From Centroscyllium fabricii (taxonomy: Eukaryota), in contig JBNRSN020000024.1 in assembly GCA_051313645.2 (NCBI GenBank), forward strand, positions 59,644,001 through 59,708,000: a stretch of DNA of 64,000 bases, written 5' to 3'. The notes below the pieces were generated by a model that was not told where the DNA came from, did not search any database, and saw nothing but the letters and a program-made list of their open reading frames with translations. The position numbers and the translations under genes were made by a program. Shown piece by piece: positions 34,884-47,108 of the stretch; position 1 is the first letter of the stretch, and every line of letters starts with the position of its first letter.

Positions 34884-35272
34884 ATTATCAGACTGAATAT
34901 TACGGTCCTGGAAGCAATTATGATTTCTTTCCTCAAGGGCCCCCCTCGTCTCAGGCGCAGACTCCAGTGGATCTGGGTTTTGTGCCCTCCTCCGGGCCTG
35001 GGGCGACCCCACTCGGCGGGCTGGAGCACCCGCTGCCCGGCCACCACCCCAGCAACCTGCCGGGCCCAGGCGACAGCCAGAGGTTCACCGACATGATCTC
35101 TCACGGGGACTCTCCGAGCCCAGAGCCGGGTCTGACAGGACCGTCCATGCACTCGATGGCGGCGGATGTGTTCGGGCCGGGTCCCAGCCCGTCGTTCTCC
35201 CTCACCAACGGGGGATACACCAGCCATTTGTCACATCCGCCTCCGGAAATGAACGAGGCGGCCGTTTGGTAA
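34884..35272 (+). CDS. LHX1: LHX1 exon 5 (C-terminal domain, to stop)
   Basis: Acceptor TTCCCAG; [31 protein letters not shown]...[10 protein letters not shown]. The spliced CDS is 1227 nt, 408 aa. Confidence 0.96.
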
Positions 35273-35708
35273 CGACTTCCGACTTGGCGGAAATTGCCGA
35301 AGCTCACGTCAAGGGACAATATTGACAAATGTATCCCCCCCCACCCCCTCTCTCTCTCTCTCCCTCTCTCTGCTCCATCTCAACCCCAAAGACAATTAGC
35401 GTTGCCCGGACAGCAAGAACAAGAAAGCGAGATCTTCAACAAAACCCGTCGCGAAAAAAAAAATGAAAATAACAATTTTTTTAAAAACTTCAAACAAGAA
35501 GAAAGTTGCACCGAACTAACACAACAACAATGTTTTAAGCAGGGCAACTAAAAGCTGGGATCCTAAAACCCAAAAGGAACACATTTCAGAATGACCTCGA
35601 AAAGACAAAGGCGTTTGGGAGCCCTCCAAGACTTCAACGCCAACTACTCTACCTACACAAAGCTGAACAACAAAAAAAAAAGCTCATGAATGAACTGAAA
35701 GAGTCTAC

Positions 35709-35949
35709 TGTTTACGTATTATATTTAATTCAGGAGTTTAATGTTTCAGAAAACATTTTAGAACCTCTTGATCTGAATTGAACAAACGGGCATCAAGTAA
35801 CCAAACTTTTTTGTTTTGTTTTTTTTCCCAAAAAAAAATGTACAAAAGATTTGCTGGAGTTGTGGGTCACAGCTCCAGTTTGTACAAAGTGTTTTTTTTT
35901 TTTTGCGTATGTTTACAAAAGTGGAGAAACAACCTAGAAAGGTGCCAAA
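35709..35949 (+). promoter_or_regulatory. LHX1: LHX1 3'UTR microRNA seed sites (miR-30 x2, miR-96)
   Basis: TGTTTAC at 35709-35715, TGTTTACA at 35910-35917, GTGCCAAA at 35942-35949. Confidence 0.6.
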
Positions 35950-36318
35950 TAGATAAGTCATAGCACAATTACTGTAGGTGCACTGCACCATCCACTGGAG
36001 AAAGTATTCAGAAAGAGAGTGTTAAAAATATACTTTCTGCTAATTTTTAGCTCTCTCATAGAAATCATCCATATTGTTAATAATGCCCATATAGATTCAT
36101 ACAGGATTTTATTTTTGTGTCTTACAGAAACGAAAGGTCAGATATTTAAACAATTTTACTACATGGTCAAATATGCAGTCCCTAGCTGCTACTTTGTTTC
36201 TTTATACAGTATAGAATTCCTCATGGTATCATTTTTTTGTTGTCATAATAATAGGCCTAAGCTTCTGTGACCTCCGTTGCATATTAGACCATTCACTGTA
36301 TAAATGAAAAACATGTTG

Positions 36319-36343
36319 AATAAATTTGTGACTTTTTAATAAA
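36319..36343 (+). terminator. LHX1: LHX1 polyadenylation signals (tandem AATAAA)
   Basis: AATAAA at 36319-36324 and 36338-36343, followed by U/GU-rich sequence, about 1.05 kb after the stop. Confidence 0.6.
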
Positions 36344-38609
36344 AAATTGATGTTTTAATGTCTTTAAATGTCAGTGCTTTGTTTATGAACAAGGTATCGT
36401 GGCAGAATGAACTGGGAGTATCTTGCTCACTCTTCCTTTCACTTATCTGCACATTAAATGTCAATTTCACCTCCCGAGGCAAGATCTGTTTAACTATCAG
36501 CATCTATAAATTAACTACCCCAAATTATGTATTAAAAACTTCCGAGCATGCATTTCTTTTACTTTTTTGCATTAAAATTGATACCTACTGCTCGTTCCAA
36601 ATGGAATATCGTGTTAATTAAAATAAGTTAAAAAGTAAATGTCGAACTTGCGGATAGAATCCAATTCCTGTGTATTCGATTTTCATTCAAGCGCATAAGA
36701 GTTGGATTTTATCGCAGCTTACTTTGTTTTTTAATGGAACATCATTTTAAAATGAGCCGTTGCAATTGCATCAAGTTCAAAATAATTAAATCACATCGAA
36801 TAAGTGATTGATCGTACACATTTGAGCAACGCGTCACAACAGTTTAAATAAAAAATTTAACCAATATTTATTTTTATTACCTAGTGATTAATAATGCACA
36901 GCCTTGCTTTTAATGTTAATTACTATTATTTACATGCAATAATGGGCTCAAAACAGTTTTAGCGATTTGTCAATGTGGTATTTCAGGTGAATAGTAACAT
37001 GACAAACTGTTGCACTTTGAGAAAAAGTTGCATTTTGAGAAAAAGTAATTCCTCAGAAATTCGTTTTTTATTGGGGGGCAGAAAATTATGACTGGAAGAC
37101 CAACATATTTGTTTTTTTCTATGTTGCTTAAAAGCATTTATGAATGTGGCACACACAATATGTAAGAGAGGTCAGCAACATCATAGATGGAACTTAAGTG
37201 CATCACCTAAACCGTCCTCTGAAATAAATCATCACCGTTCATTTTCTGTATCAATTTTTAACCACTGAAGTACATTTCAGTGTTTTTCTTCTTTCAGATA
37301 GCATCTGTAAAACGTTTTCTACATAGGTTCCTAAAGGAGTTAGAAACTGAGATGTAAGAAATGTACAAATACACAGAATAGTCCTTAAAGTATGACATTC
37401 ATAATCCACTTCCCTGGAGTTGTTGAATTTTTAATTTTGGCACAGAAATGTGATTTGAAAATATTAATGAATGCCGATTTGAAATAAATCTTAGCAGTAA
37501 TTTAAGTTCCAACACCGTATTAGGAAATAATTTCATTCATAACTCCATAGGGGTCCAGTCGATTTCACTTTTTCGGACGCCAGATTCCACTGTTGTAGTT
37601 TATTGTACTTTTTCCATATACCTGAATTGCAAAATGCCATTTAATCCTCCCAAATACAATTTTGATACAAGTGAATTTCTTATTTCTTCATGAAAGGTTT
37701 CGCACCAAATAGAACAAGCTACATATACTATCTTTGCCTCTGTGTGTCCTAAGTATTCTGTACATTTTATTAGAATTCCATTGTATTTTGCACATCCTCC
37801 AATCGCTCTCCATATGGCCTATTATAAAGCTGAATTTATATTTCCTGTGAGTACAATATGACTACTTTATGCATTTTAAAATAATTTTATTAAACAACAT
37901 AAATTGTATTTCATAGTTTAACATTCATTTAATCCAATTGGTTAAATTAATTAAAAGGTGTATTAAAATAAATATATGTAACGTCAAAAGATGCCGCTAT
38001 AGATTTTCAATCATATTTATTCACCGATTATGAATATTTTAATATAATATTAACCATGATTCATACAATATATATGACGTTATGGCGCATAATAACTCAA
38101 AGCACAAATACAATATTATATTTGTTTAGTTTTCACTTTATGCATCACATGTATGTATTGAAATAATCGCTGTTAATATTTTCCTTGACATAATTCTATT
38201 GTGGTTTCACTGTGATTGAGTATTAATAAAGTCTCCTTGGTTGTCTATACGCCAAAAGTCTCAACATCAGGAAAACTTAAAACTAAGACCCGTGAGAGTG
38301 GAGAAATCGGGGCAATATGATTGCCCGCCAGTTTTATTTAGAGTCCTAAACAGATTTCGTTGCCGTATTTTACAGAAATAAGATATTATTCAATATTTTA
38401 AGGCTAGGCTTCTTCAATGCAATGGAATTCGAAAAACGTAACATCCTACAAAACCTTGTAAAAATTATGATCACAATTCTGCAGTTTCTTATTCAGAAAG
38501 AAAGCAAAAAAAATGTATTTTTTTCCAAAAAGATTACTGCAATGAGAAGGATCTTGAGCAAGCTGAAGATTGCAAAATAGGATGAACAGTGATCAGCACT
38601 GTGTGTCAG

Positions 38610-38712
38610 GCAGAGCCGGAAGTCGGGGTGGTAAATCGGGACCGGAAGCTGGGGTACGTCATCCTGAATAGGCTCCATTGGTGCTGAAGGTCCGGACTAA
38701 GATGGCGGCGCC
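38610..38712 (+). promoter_or_regulatory. AATF: AATF TATA-less housekeeping promoter
   Basis: ETS/GABP motifs CCGGAAGT (38616-38623) and ACCGGAAG (38641-38648), ATTGG, a YY1 motif AAGATGGCGGC overlapping the ATG, and CpG richness. Confidence 0.7.
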
Positions 38713-38786
38713 CATCTCGCAGCAGTTGGAGGACTTGTTAAATCCGTTACCGATCTTTAAAGACCCGGAGGACGAGCAGGATGAAG
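38702..38786 (+). CDS. AATF: AATF (apoptosis-antagonizing transcription factor / Bfr2 homologue) exon 1
   Basis: MAAPISQQLEDLLNPLPIFKDPEDEQDE; donor GTAACG; phase 1 matches exon 2; LHX1-AATF synteny. Confidence 0.88.
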
Positions 38787-39164
38787 GTAACGGGAGAGGG
38801 GGGGACGGCCTGCCGGCCTTCGATCGAAGCGTGGTCTCTCGCAATAAGTAGACGAGCCGGTTTGTGAGAGCCTGGAGGCTGCTTCTGTGAGCGAGCGGTA
38901 CCGGGCCCGGATTAACAAGTGGGACCTCAGTCGCTGATTGTGGCTTCTGTTCGGTTCTGAGCTCTTTGGGGTGTTTTTTTTTTGTGTGTTTGTTATTTAA
39001 ATGCACGTTCCTTTATTACCTGCTGCCCGCTGAAAGTTTTGGGGCCGTAAAGCAGAGTTTTTCAGTCTGCGCCCTGCTGGTTTGAAGCAGTCACTCAGTC
39101 AGTCAGCCCCGGCTGGATCACCGCTCCGGCCTCGGGCAGCATTTACAATCCAGCCCCTCAGCTT

Positions 39165-40590
39165 ATAGAGTCATGGAGCCATAGTCACAGAGTTATACAG
39201 CACAGAAAGAGGCCCTTCGGCCCATCGCGTCCGTGCCGGCCATCAATTACATTTTCCTGCATTTGGTCCGTAGCCTTGTATGCTATGGCGTTTCAATTCA
39301 ATTCAATTCAAGTTTTATTGTCATTGCAGAGTACCAGTACAATACAACGAGACGAAGACTCGACTCTCCCAAGAGTAGTGCAAATAAAATAAATAAATTA
39401 CATGCAAATTGCATACAGTAAAGTACATTATCAGGCGTGCAGGTACCAGAGTTTATTTTTAGAGTTCAGGAGGCTGACAGCCCTGGGGAAGAAGCTGTTC
39501 TGAAATCTAGTCGTGCGGGTGCAAATTGCTCTGTAGCGTCTCCCGGAGGGCAGGGGGGCGAACAGACTGTGGCTGGGGTGTGTGGGGTCTTTAATAATGT
39601 TCAGAGACCTCCGTAAGCAGCGTTTGAGGTAGATGCTTTCCATTGACGGTAGCTGGGTACCGGTGATTCGTTGGGCAGTTTTGACTACCCGCTGCAGGGT
39701 TTTCCGGTCCGAGATAGTGCAATTACCATACCAGACTCATCTAAATGCTTCTTGAATGTTGTGAGGGTTCCTGCCTCTACCACCCTTTCAGGCAGTGAGT
39801 TCCAGATTCCAACCACCCTCTGGGTGAAAAGGTTCTTCCTCTAATCCCCTCTAAACCTCCCGCCCCTTACCTTGAAACTATGCCCCCTGGTTATTGACCC
39901 CTCTACTAAGAGAAAAAGTTCCTTTCTATCTACCCCCCTCATAATTTTGTACACCTCAATCAGGTCCCCCCTCAGCCTTCTCTTCTCCAAGGAAAAAACC
40001 CCAGCCTGTCCAGTCTTTCTTCATAGCTGAAGCACGCCAGCAGGTAACATCCTGGCGAATCACCTCTGCACCCTCTCCAAAGCAATCACATTCTTCCTAT
40101 AGTGTAGCGACCAGAACTGCACACAGTACTCCAGCTGTGGCCTTACCAGTGTTCTGTACAGCTCCATCATAACCTCCCTGCTCTTATATTCTATGCCTCG
40201 GCTAATGAGGGCAAGTATCCCATATGCCTTTTAACCACCTTATCCACCTGTCCTGCTGCCTTCAGGGATCTATGTACATGCACACCAAGGTCCCTCTGAT
40301 CCTCTGTCTTTCCTAGGGTCTTACCATTGCCTTGTATTCCCTTGCCTTGTTAGTCCTTCCAAAATGCATCACCTCACACTTTTCAGGGTTAAATTCCATT
40401 TAAGAACAGGAGCAGACCATACGGCCCCTCGTGCCTGCTCCCCCATTCAGTAGGATCATGGCTGAACCGAACTTAGATTCAAGTCCACTTCCCTGCCCGT
40501 TCCCTGTAACCCCTTATTCCCTTATTTGCCACTGCTCCGCCCATCTGACCAACCCATCTATATCGTCTTGCAGACTGAGGCTTCCCTTGG
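39165..40590 (-). mobile_element. CR1 LINE 3' part, interrupted by Rex/Babar (39293-39733) and another CR1 tail (40402-40520); empty PLE site 39749-39760
   Basis: CR1 ORF2 motifs on the minus strand (LVRPQLEYCVQFWS, LQDDIDGLVRWAEQWQ). Confidence 0.85.
39293..39733 (-). mobile_element. Rex1/Babar LINE 3' fragment
   Basis: IIKDPTHPSHSLFAPLPSGRRYRAICTRTTRFQNSFFPRAVSLLN; tail (TTGAA)n abutting a host TTCAA. Confidence 0.82.
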
Positions 40591-40854
40591 GCTCCAGCCA
40601 AGCAGAACAGCATTTGCATGCGCCTGGCTGGAATTGTGTAACAATCTTAACCATGAGAGAGAGACATACAGGCGTGGGCACAACTCTCTCCCAACAGTGA
40701 AAACATTTTGCATGGAATGGAATGCACAGTACAGGAACAGGCCATTCGGCCCAGTTGTCTATGCCAGTGTTTATAAGCCACACCAGCATCCTCAATCGCT
40801 ACTTCATTTAAATATTTACAACAGCATCTTGCATTTATATAGCGCCTATAATGT

Positions 40855-41179
40855 ACAGATGGGTGAGACTAGAACTAGGGGGTATAATCTTAGAATAAGG
40901 GGCTGCCCTTTCAAAACTGAGATGAGGAGAAACTTCTTCACTCGGAGGGTAGTAAATCTATGTAATTTGCTGCCTCGGAGAGCTGTGGAAGCTGCAACAT
41001 TAAATAAATTTAAAACTGAGATAGACAGTTTCCTAACTGATCGGGGAATAAGGGGTTACGGGGAGCGGACAGGGAAGTGGACGTGAGTCTAAGTTCGGAT
41101 CAGCCATGATCCTATTGAATGGCGGAGCAGGCCCGAGGGGCCGTATGGCCTACTCCTGCTCCTACAACTTATGTTCTTA
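40855..41179 (+). mobile_element. CR1 LINE (second family) 3' fragment nested in an L2-like end
   Basis: ETRTRGYNLRIRGCPFKTEMRRNFFTRRVVNL; its tail is homologous to V-SINE tail B. Confidence 0.82.
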
Positions 41180-41360
41180 AAAATCGTTCCAAGGCGCTTC
41201 ACTGCAACGTTATCAAACAAAATTTGACTCAAAGCCACATAAGGAGTTAATAGGACAGGTGACCAAAAACCTGAAGCAAATACGGAGAGTACCCTCTTTC
41301 AAAATGTTTAAATTGGATTTAGAATGTGCTCCGCCCTCTTGAGTGCTTTGTAACATAGTA

Positions 41361-42008
41361 CAGGTTGTGCACCATTAATCCGCCCCATGCCGGGAAACTG
41401 AAAAAAACGGGAGAACGAAGTTGGACACTGCGCATGCGCACCATGCAAAATGGCCGCGCGCATGCGCACAACATTGGGATTGGCTGACGCACGCATGCGC
41501 AGATCAACCAATAATGGCCGCCGCGAAGTTTTTTGAGGGGCTCAGGCTTGTGTGGCGTTCCGTTTGCCTTTTAGGGCTGTCGGGCAGCAGTGAAAGGCCG
41601 GTCTTGCAGGGGGGGAAGGAGGGTTGTGCGGGCGCGGGTCGGGCCCAGTAGGTCCGCCTTCCCTCTCCATCGCCTTTCGGGTTGCTGCTGCCGCCGAGCC
41701 AGACTCAGGCTGACAGCTGTTGCCTAGTGACTGTCCGCCTCAGTCACGGGGCTCAGCTGTCGAGAAAATAACCGGCGGCCGTATTGAATTATCTGCGCAT
41801 GCGCTAGCCGTCCGGCGACGCATGCGCAGATCATTCAAAACACCCGGCAGCCGTTTTGAATGATCTGCGCATGCGCTCGGCGCATGCGCAGATCATTCGC
41901 CGAAGCCGCGATGGCGGCTGCCATCTTGCGCAGTGCAGTCGGGGCAATTTGTGCCGGCAGACTGAAGCTGCCGGCTTTTCGGGACACGGATTTTCGGTGC
42001 ACAACCTG
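41361..42008. mobile_element. pogo/Tigger-like MITE
   Basis: TIRs CAGGTTGTGCACC / GGTGCACAACCTG with TA TSD; inverted homologue at 56318-56870. Confidence 0.8.
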
Positions 42009-42599
42009 TAGCAGTTTCATGTAGAGGGGTCCATCTAGCTCACCTATTCTCAGTGTTCCCTCGGTGCAGTTCCAATAACTCGTGCATCTAGGTTTGACCT
42101 CCACCCCCCTGATTGACATTTTGTGGTGCTAAACCAAAGCGGTGTGACACCAGCACTTCCAGGCAATCTCACTTTGCTTTGCTGTGGAGCTGGGTTGGAC
42201 CTTGGATTCACAGTGCTAGTTTAGCATTGGTGCGAAGGTAAAATTATAGCACAGCTCGCCCCTCTCCAGTACCACTCAGATACGCATTGTTTGTTTGAAG
42301 TGTCACCCTTGGCTCAATACGAGCACAACAATGACGGGCAGGGAAAGACCCACTGGTCCATCCAGATTGTCTCTCAAAACTGTAATTCCTTGTGCGTGAC
42401 AATGCATACACTCCCCACCCGACTCCAAAGCCATGTAATCTCCTAGGATCAGTGAAAAAACCCAGGCCAATTAGGGGGGGGGGGCGGGAAATCTGGAAAA
42501 TTCTTCAGACGATCAAAAACTAGTCCAGGCTTTGCATAACTTGATTGTGACCCACCCCCCACCCCCCGGTCCTCCCTAGCCTATTTAGTTAAAATAAGC

Positions 42600-44000
42600 T
42601 ATCTACACAAACTCAATCCATTCCCTTCATCATCTTCTTAATCTTGACCAAATTGCCTGTTTCTTTAAAGTGTGGAATCCCTGCTCTTTGAGCCTATCTT
42701 GGTAACTAAGATGCTTTAAACTGGTTATTAATCTTGTGATCCTCCTGTGCACCCTTTCGAAAGCCTCAACTTCACTCACCATTTGAGGAAGCCAAAACTG
42801 GACACAGTATTGTAACTGAGGCCAAATCAAAGTCTTGTACAAGGACAACATTGGATGCTTTGTATTGTACTCAATTGTCCTATAAATACATCCTATTTGT
42901 TCTAGCTCTCACTTCACGGCATTGGGCCTGAACCTTACAGATCTATGCATTAGAGTTTGTATGTTCAGCATTAGAAGTAGGAGCAGGAGTAGGCCATACG
43001 GCCCCTCGGGCCTGCTCCGCCATTCAATAGGATCACGGCAGATCCGAACTTAGACTCACGTCCACTTCCCTGCCCTCCTTATTCCCTTATCAGCTAGGAA
43101 ATTGTCTACAGGTACACAATCCGTTATCCGAAACCCTTGGGACCGGACGGGTCTCGGATTTCTTCGGTTTTCGCAATGGTGCCCAGTGCGCATGCGCAGA
43201 TCACATGCGCATTGCCGTGTTGGCTGCCCAGTGCGCAGGCTGAAACGGTAGGAGATTGTGGGCTCGGGGAGAAATTGGACCCGTGGGTCCATTTTTTTTA
43301 CATTGGTAAGCTCTACTTTCTTGTTAATTTTACTTTTATCACTGGATTAAATTGAATTGGCTTTCAAAACGGGTCAGTTTTGGCGCAACTCGGGTTTTCA
43401 GAGCTTTTCGGTTTTTGGATGTGTGGTTAAGGGATTGTGTACCTGTATCTCCGTTTTAAATTTATTTACACAGCTCTCTAAGGCAGGAAATTCCATAGAT
43501 TTACTACCCTCTGAGTGAAGAAGTTTCTTCTCATCTCAGTTTTGAAAGAGCAGCCCCTTATTCTAAGATTATGCCCCCTCGTTCCAGTCTCACCCATCAG
43601 TGGAAACATCCTCACCGCATCCACCCGATCAAGCCCCCTCAATCTTGCGTGTTTCGATAAGATCGCCTCTCATTCTTCTGAATTCCAGTGAGTAGAGGCC
43701 CAACCTACTCAACCTTTCCTCATAAGTCAACCCCCTCATTTCCGGAATCAACCGACTGAACCTTCTCTGAACTGCCTTGAGAGCAAGTATATCCTTTCTT
43801 AAATATGGAAACCAAAACTGTATGCAGTATTCCAGGTGTGGCCTCACCAGTAACCTGTATAACTGCAGCAAGACCGCCCTGCTTTTATACTCCACCCCCC
43901 TTGCAATAAAAGCCAAGATTCCATTGGAGTTTGTATGTTCAGCATTCGACCTACCCACATTCATAACACTGCACTTTTCTAAGTTAATTATCATTTGTCA
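42600..44000 (-). mobile_element. Old CR1 fragment carrying a nested CR1 (42973-43921), which itself carries a MITE (43109-43445)
   Basis: CR1 peptides LYKTLIWPQLQYCVQFW and LYRLLVRPHLEYCIQFW; 25-bp duplication at 42948-42972 / 43922-43946. Confidence 0.78.
43109..43445. mobile_element. Tc1/mariner-pogo MITE
   Basis: TIRs CAGGTACACAATCC / GGATTGTGTACCTG with TA TSD. Confidence 0.78.
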
Positions 44001-44029
44001 GTCACAAGCTCAAACTCCCAGAACATCAG

Positions 44030-45165
44030 TGATGGTGCTCTTTTCCCTGAGTTCAAGCCCCCCTACACCAGGGACCTGAGTACATAATCTAAGTTTGACA
44101 CCTCAATGTCATACAGGTTGAGCTCCATTAATCCGTTACCTGAAAAATCGGCAACTTCGAACGTCCGGCAATAGTTTCCCCGACTGCCCCGCGCATACGC
44201 AAAATGGCAGCCGCGCTTAATGCTTCAGCGAATGATCTGCGCATGCGCCGCTGAAGGGCGAGCGCATGCGCAGATCATTCACAATGGTCTCCGAGCCAAT
44301 AGCAGGCTGGGCCGGGACTCCCCGAACGCGGGCTGGGCCGTGACTCCCCGAACGCGGGCTGGGCCGTGACTCCCCGAACGCGGGCTGGGCCGTGACTCCC
44401 CGAACGCGGGCTGGGCCGTGACTCCCCGAACGCGGGCTGGGCCGTGACTCCCCAAACGCGGGCTCGGCCGGGACTCCCCAAACGATGCTGGGCCGGGACT
44501 CCCCGATCGCGGGCCGGGACTCCCCAAACGATAAGCGCATGTGCAGACCACTCAAAATTCTAAGATTATGCCCCCTCGTTCTAGTCTCACCCATCAGTGG
44601 AAACATCCTCACCGCATCCACCCGATCAAGCCCCCTCACAATCTTATGTGTTTCCATAAGATCGCCTCTCATTCTTCTGAATTCCAATGAGTAGAGGCCC
44701 ATCCACCCGATGCCCCCACACAATCGCGGTGGCCATTTTGAATGGTCTGCGCATGCGCTCGCCGAAGCTTCAATCGTTCGGGATTTTCACTTTCCCGGCA
44801 CGGGCCTGCTCCCGCCCATGCCGGATTAATGGTGCTCAAGCTGTAATGAGGGAGTGCTGCATTGTCGGAGGTGCACGTATTTTGAATCGGACGTTAAGTC
44901 AAGACCGTGTCTTCGTTAACATAAATGATCCCATTGCATTTTTCAAAGAAAAGCTTGGGAATCTTCCTGGTGTCCAACATTTACCCTTCATCGAATATAA
45001 CCAAAACAGATTAACTGGTCAATAATCTCATTGCTACTTGCGGGACTGTGCTGTGCACAAATTAGCTGCTGCGTTTGGCTGTATAACAAGTGACGACACT
45101 TTGGGGGAAAAATTGTCAGGGAAGCACTTTGGGACACCTGAAGATGTGAGAGGTGTGATATAATT
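44030..45165 (+). mobile_element. Diverged Deu-SINE split by a Tigger-like MITE (44114-44843)
   Basis: The SINE resumes TAATGAGGGAGTGCTGCATTGTCGGAGG after the MITE. MITE TIRs are CAGGTTGAGCTCCATTAATCCG / CGGATTAATGGTGCTCAAGCTG with TA TSD. Confidence 0.72.
44304..44530. repeat. 26-bp GC-rich minisatellite (GGGCTGGGCCGTGACTCCCCGAACGC) inside a MITE
   Basis: About 8 tandem units, degenerate at the 3' end. Confidence 0.88.
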
Positions 45166-45418
45166 GTTAGTTGTTTCCTTTAATTGAAATGATTGGATAA
45201 TTTTTCTTTCGTGCCACCTTCCAGCACACTCAGTATCAGTTGTCTCGAAGGTGAACTAATCTTATCTGAATTTCTGTATAAAAAAAAAAACACGTTGGAA
45301 CTGTATCTTTGTGCCAGTACTAGACATGTCAGTGGATTGTTTGCAGTTAAACCCTAACAGAGGTGCAAAATTATAGTTTTATTTTAGTGTTCATTCAAGA
45401 AGATAGTTTCCTAATACA

Positions 45419-46464
45419 CAGGTTGAGCACCGTTAATCCGGCACCCTCGGGACCAGGCCGGTGCCGGATTACTGAAAATTCCGAACCACTGAAGGTTCGG
45501 GGGGGAGCGCATTGTAGAACACTCCCCGGGGCCCGGAGCGCGCAGGTAGAACACTCCCCGGGGCCCGGAGCGCGCAGATAGAACACTCCCCGGGGCCCGG
45601 AGCACGCGGTAGAACACTCCCCGGGGCCCGGAGCGCGCAGGTAGAACACTCCCCGGGGCCCGGAGCACGCGGTAGAACACTCCCCGGGGCCCGGAGCACG
45701 TGGTAGAACACTCCCCGGGGCCCGGAGCGCGCAGGTAGGACACTCCCCGAGGTCCGGAGAACGCGGTAGAACACTCCCCGGGTCCCGGAGCGCGCGGGTA
45801 GAACACTCCCCGGGTCCCGGAGCGCACGGATAGAACACTCCCCGGGGCCAGGAACGCGTGGGTAGAACACTCCCCGGGGCCCGGAGCGCATGGGTAGAAC
45901 ACTCCTCGAGGTCCGGAGAACGCGGTAGAACACTTCCCGGAGCGCGTGGGTAGAACACTCCCCGAGGTCCGGAGAACGCGGTAGAACACTCCCCGAGGTC
46001 CGGAGAACACGGTAGAACACTCCCCGGGGCCTGGAGCGCGCGGGTAGCACACTCCCCGGGGCCCGGAGCACGCGGTAGAACACTCCCCGGGGCCCGGAGC
46101 ACGCGGGTAGAACACTCCCCGGGGCCCGGAGCACGCGGGTAGAACACTCCCCGGGGCCCGGAGCACGCGGGTAGAACACTCCCCGGGGCCCGGAGCATGC
46201 GGTAGAACACTCCCCGGGGCCCAGAGCGCGCGGTAGAACACTCCCCGGGGCCCGGAGCGCGCGGTAGAACACTCCCCACGAGGGAGCCCGGGGATAGAAC
46301 ACTGTCCAGCAGCAACCCAAACGCCCGACGCTTGCCCACCCTTCGCGGGAACCGGCGGCGTTGCCGAGCGGCTGCTCCACAAACTGAAGGCCGCAGGTTC
46401 CAATTCGTGCCGAACCACTGAAGTTGCCGGACCATCGGGTGCCGGATTAACGGTGCTCAACCTG
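45419..46464. mobile_element. Tigger-like MITE containing a ~31-bp minisatellite (45513-46300)
   Basis: TIRs CAGGTTGAGCACCGTTAATCCGGCACC / GGTGCCGGATTAACGGTGCTCAACCTG; repeat unit GGTAGAACACTCCCCGGGGCCCGGAGCACGC. Confidence 0.88.
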
Positions 46465-46569
46465 TATTTATAGTTGAGGCGATATATACTGTTAATTTTT
46501 ATTTTATTTCCATGTTTGTATAAAGTTCAGTTTTGGGGTTTTTCCCTATATTCCACTCAGGGAAAGAAC

Positions 46570-47108
46570 TTGAATTTATATATTTCCTTCGCGTCCTCCG
46601 GATGCTCCAAGTGCTTTGTAGCCAATGAGTTACTTTTGGTGTAGTCACTATTGTAATGTGGGGAAACACGGCAGCAAATTTATGCGGCGCAAGGTCCCAC
46701 ACGCAGCAGTGAGAATAAGAATAATGACCAATTTAACTGTTCTAGCTGTGTTGGCCGAGGGATAAATAATTAGCCAGGCCACAGAGAACCTCCCGGCGTT
46801 TCTTCCACTCGTGTCATGCAAAGTTCTCTTGAAGCTGCGCGGCTGCACAGCTGTCTTGAGGTCCCCTGCGCAGACGGTGAGCCGGCTTCACAATGCAAAA
46901 AAAGCGCGCATGCGCGGAAGTTTGAATGGGCCGCGCAGCCCGTTAAAGGGGCCGAGCGGCCCAAAAAAGAATTAGGGGAACATTGGTGCCATGGCATTTT
47001 TTTTACGTCCACCTCGGAGGGCAGACGGAAACGCGGTTTAATGTCCCATCTGAAAGACGGCACCTCCAGCAGTGCCACTGTCCGTCAATATTGCGCAGGC
47101 GTGTCAGT
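46570..47108 (-). mobile_element. Deu-SINE interrupted by a hAT-like MITE (46819-46985)
   Basis: Deu core on the minus strand. The insert ends TTAGGGGAACATTG and has an 8-bp TSD GTGTCATG / GTGCCATG. Confidence 0.7.

Noticed and set aside
23490-35272. Assignment as LHX5
   Set aside because: The single start Met, the residues [18 protein letters not shown] and PEMNEAAVW, and adjacency to AATF favour LHX1.
45395-46460. Three long ORFs (303-349 aa), and similar ones at 49648-50363 and 44217-44723
   Set aside because: They are open in several frames because the GC-rich minisatellite lacks stops. They lie inside MITE TIRs and show no domain motifs.
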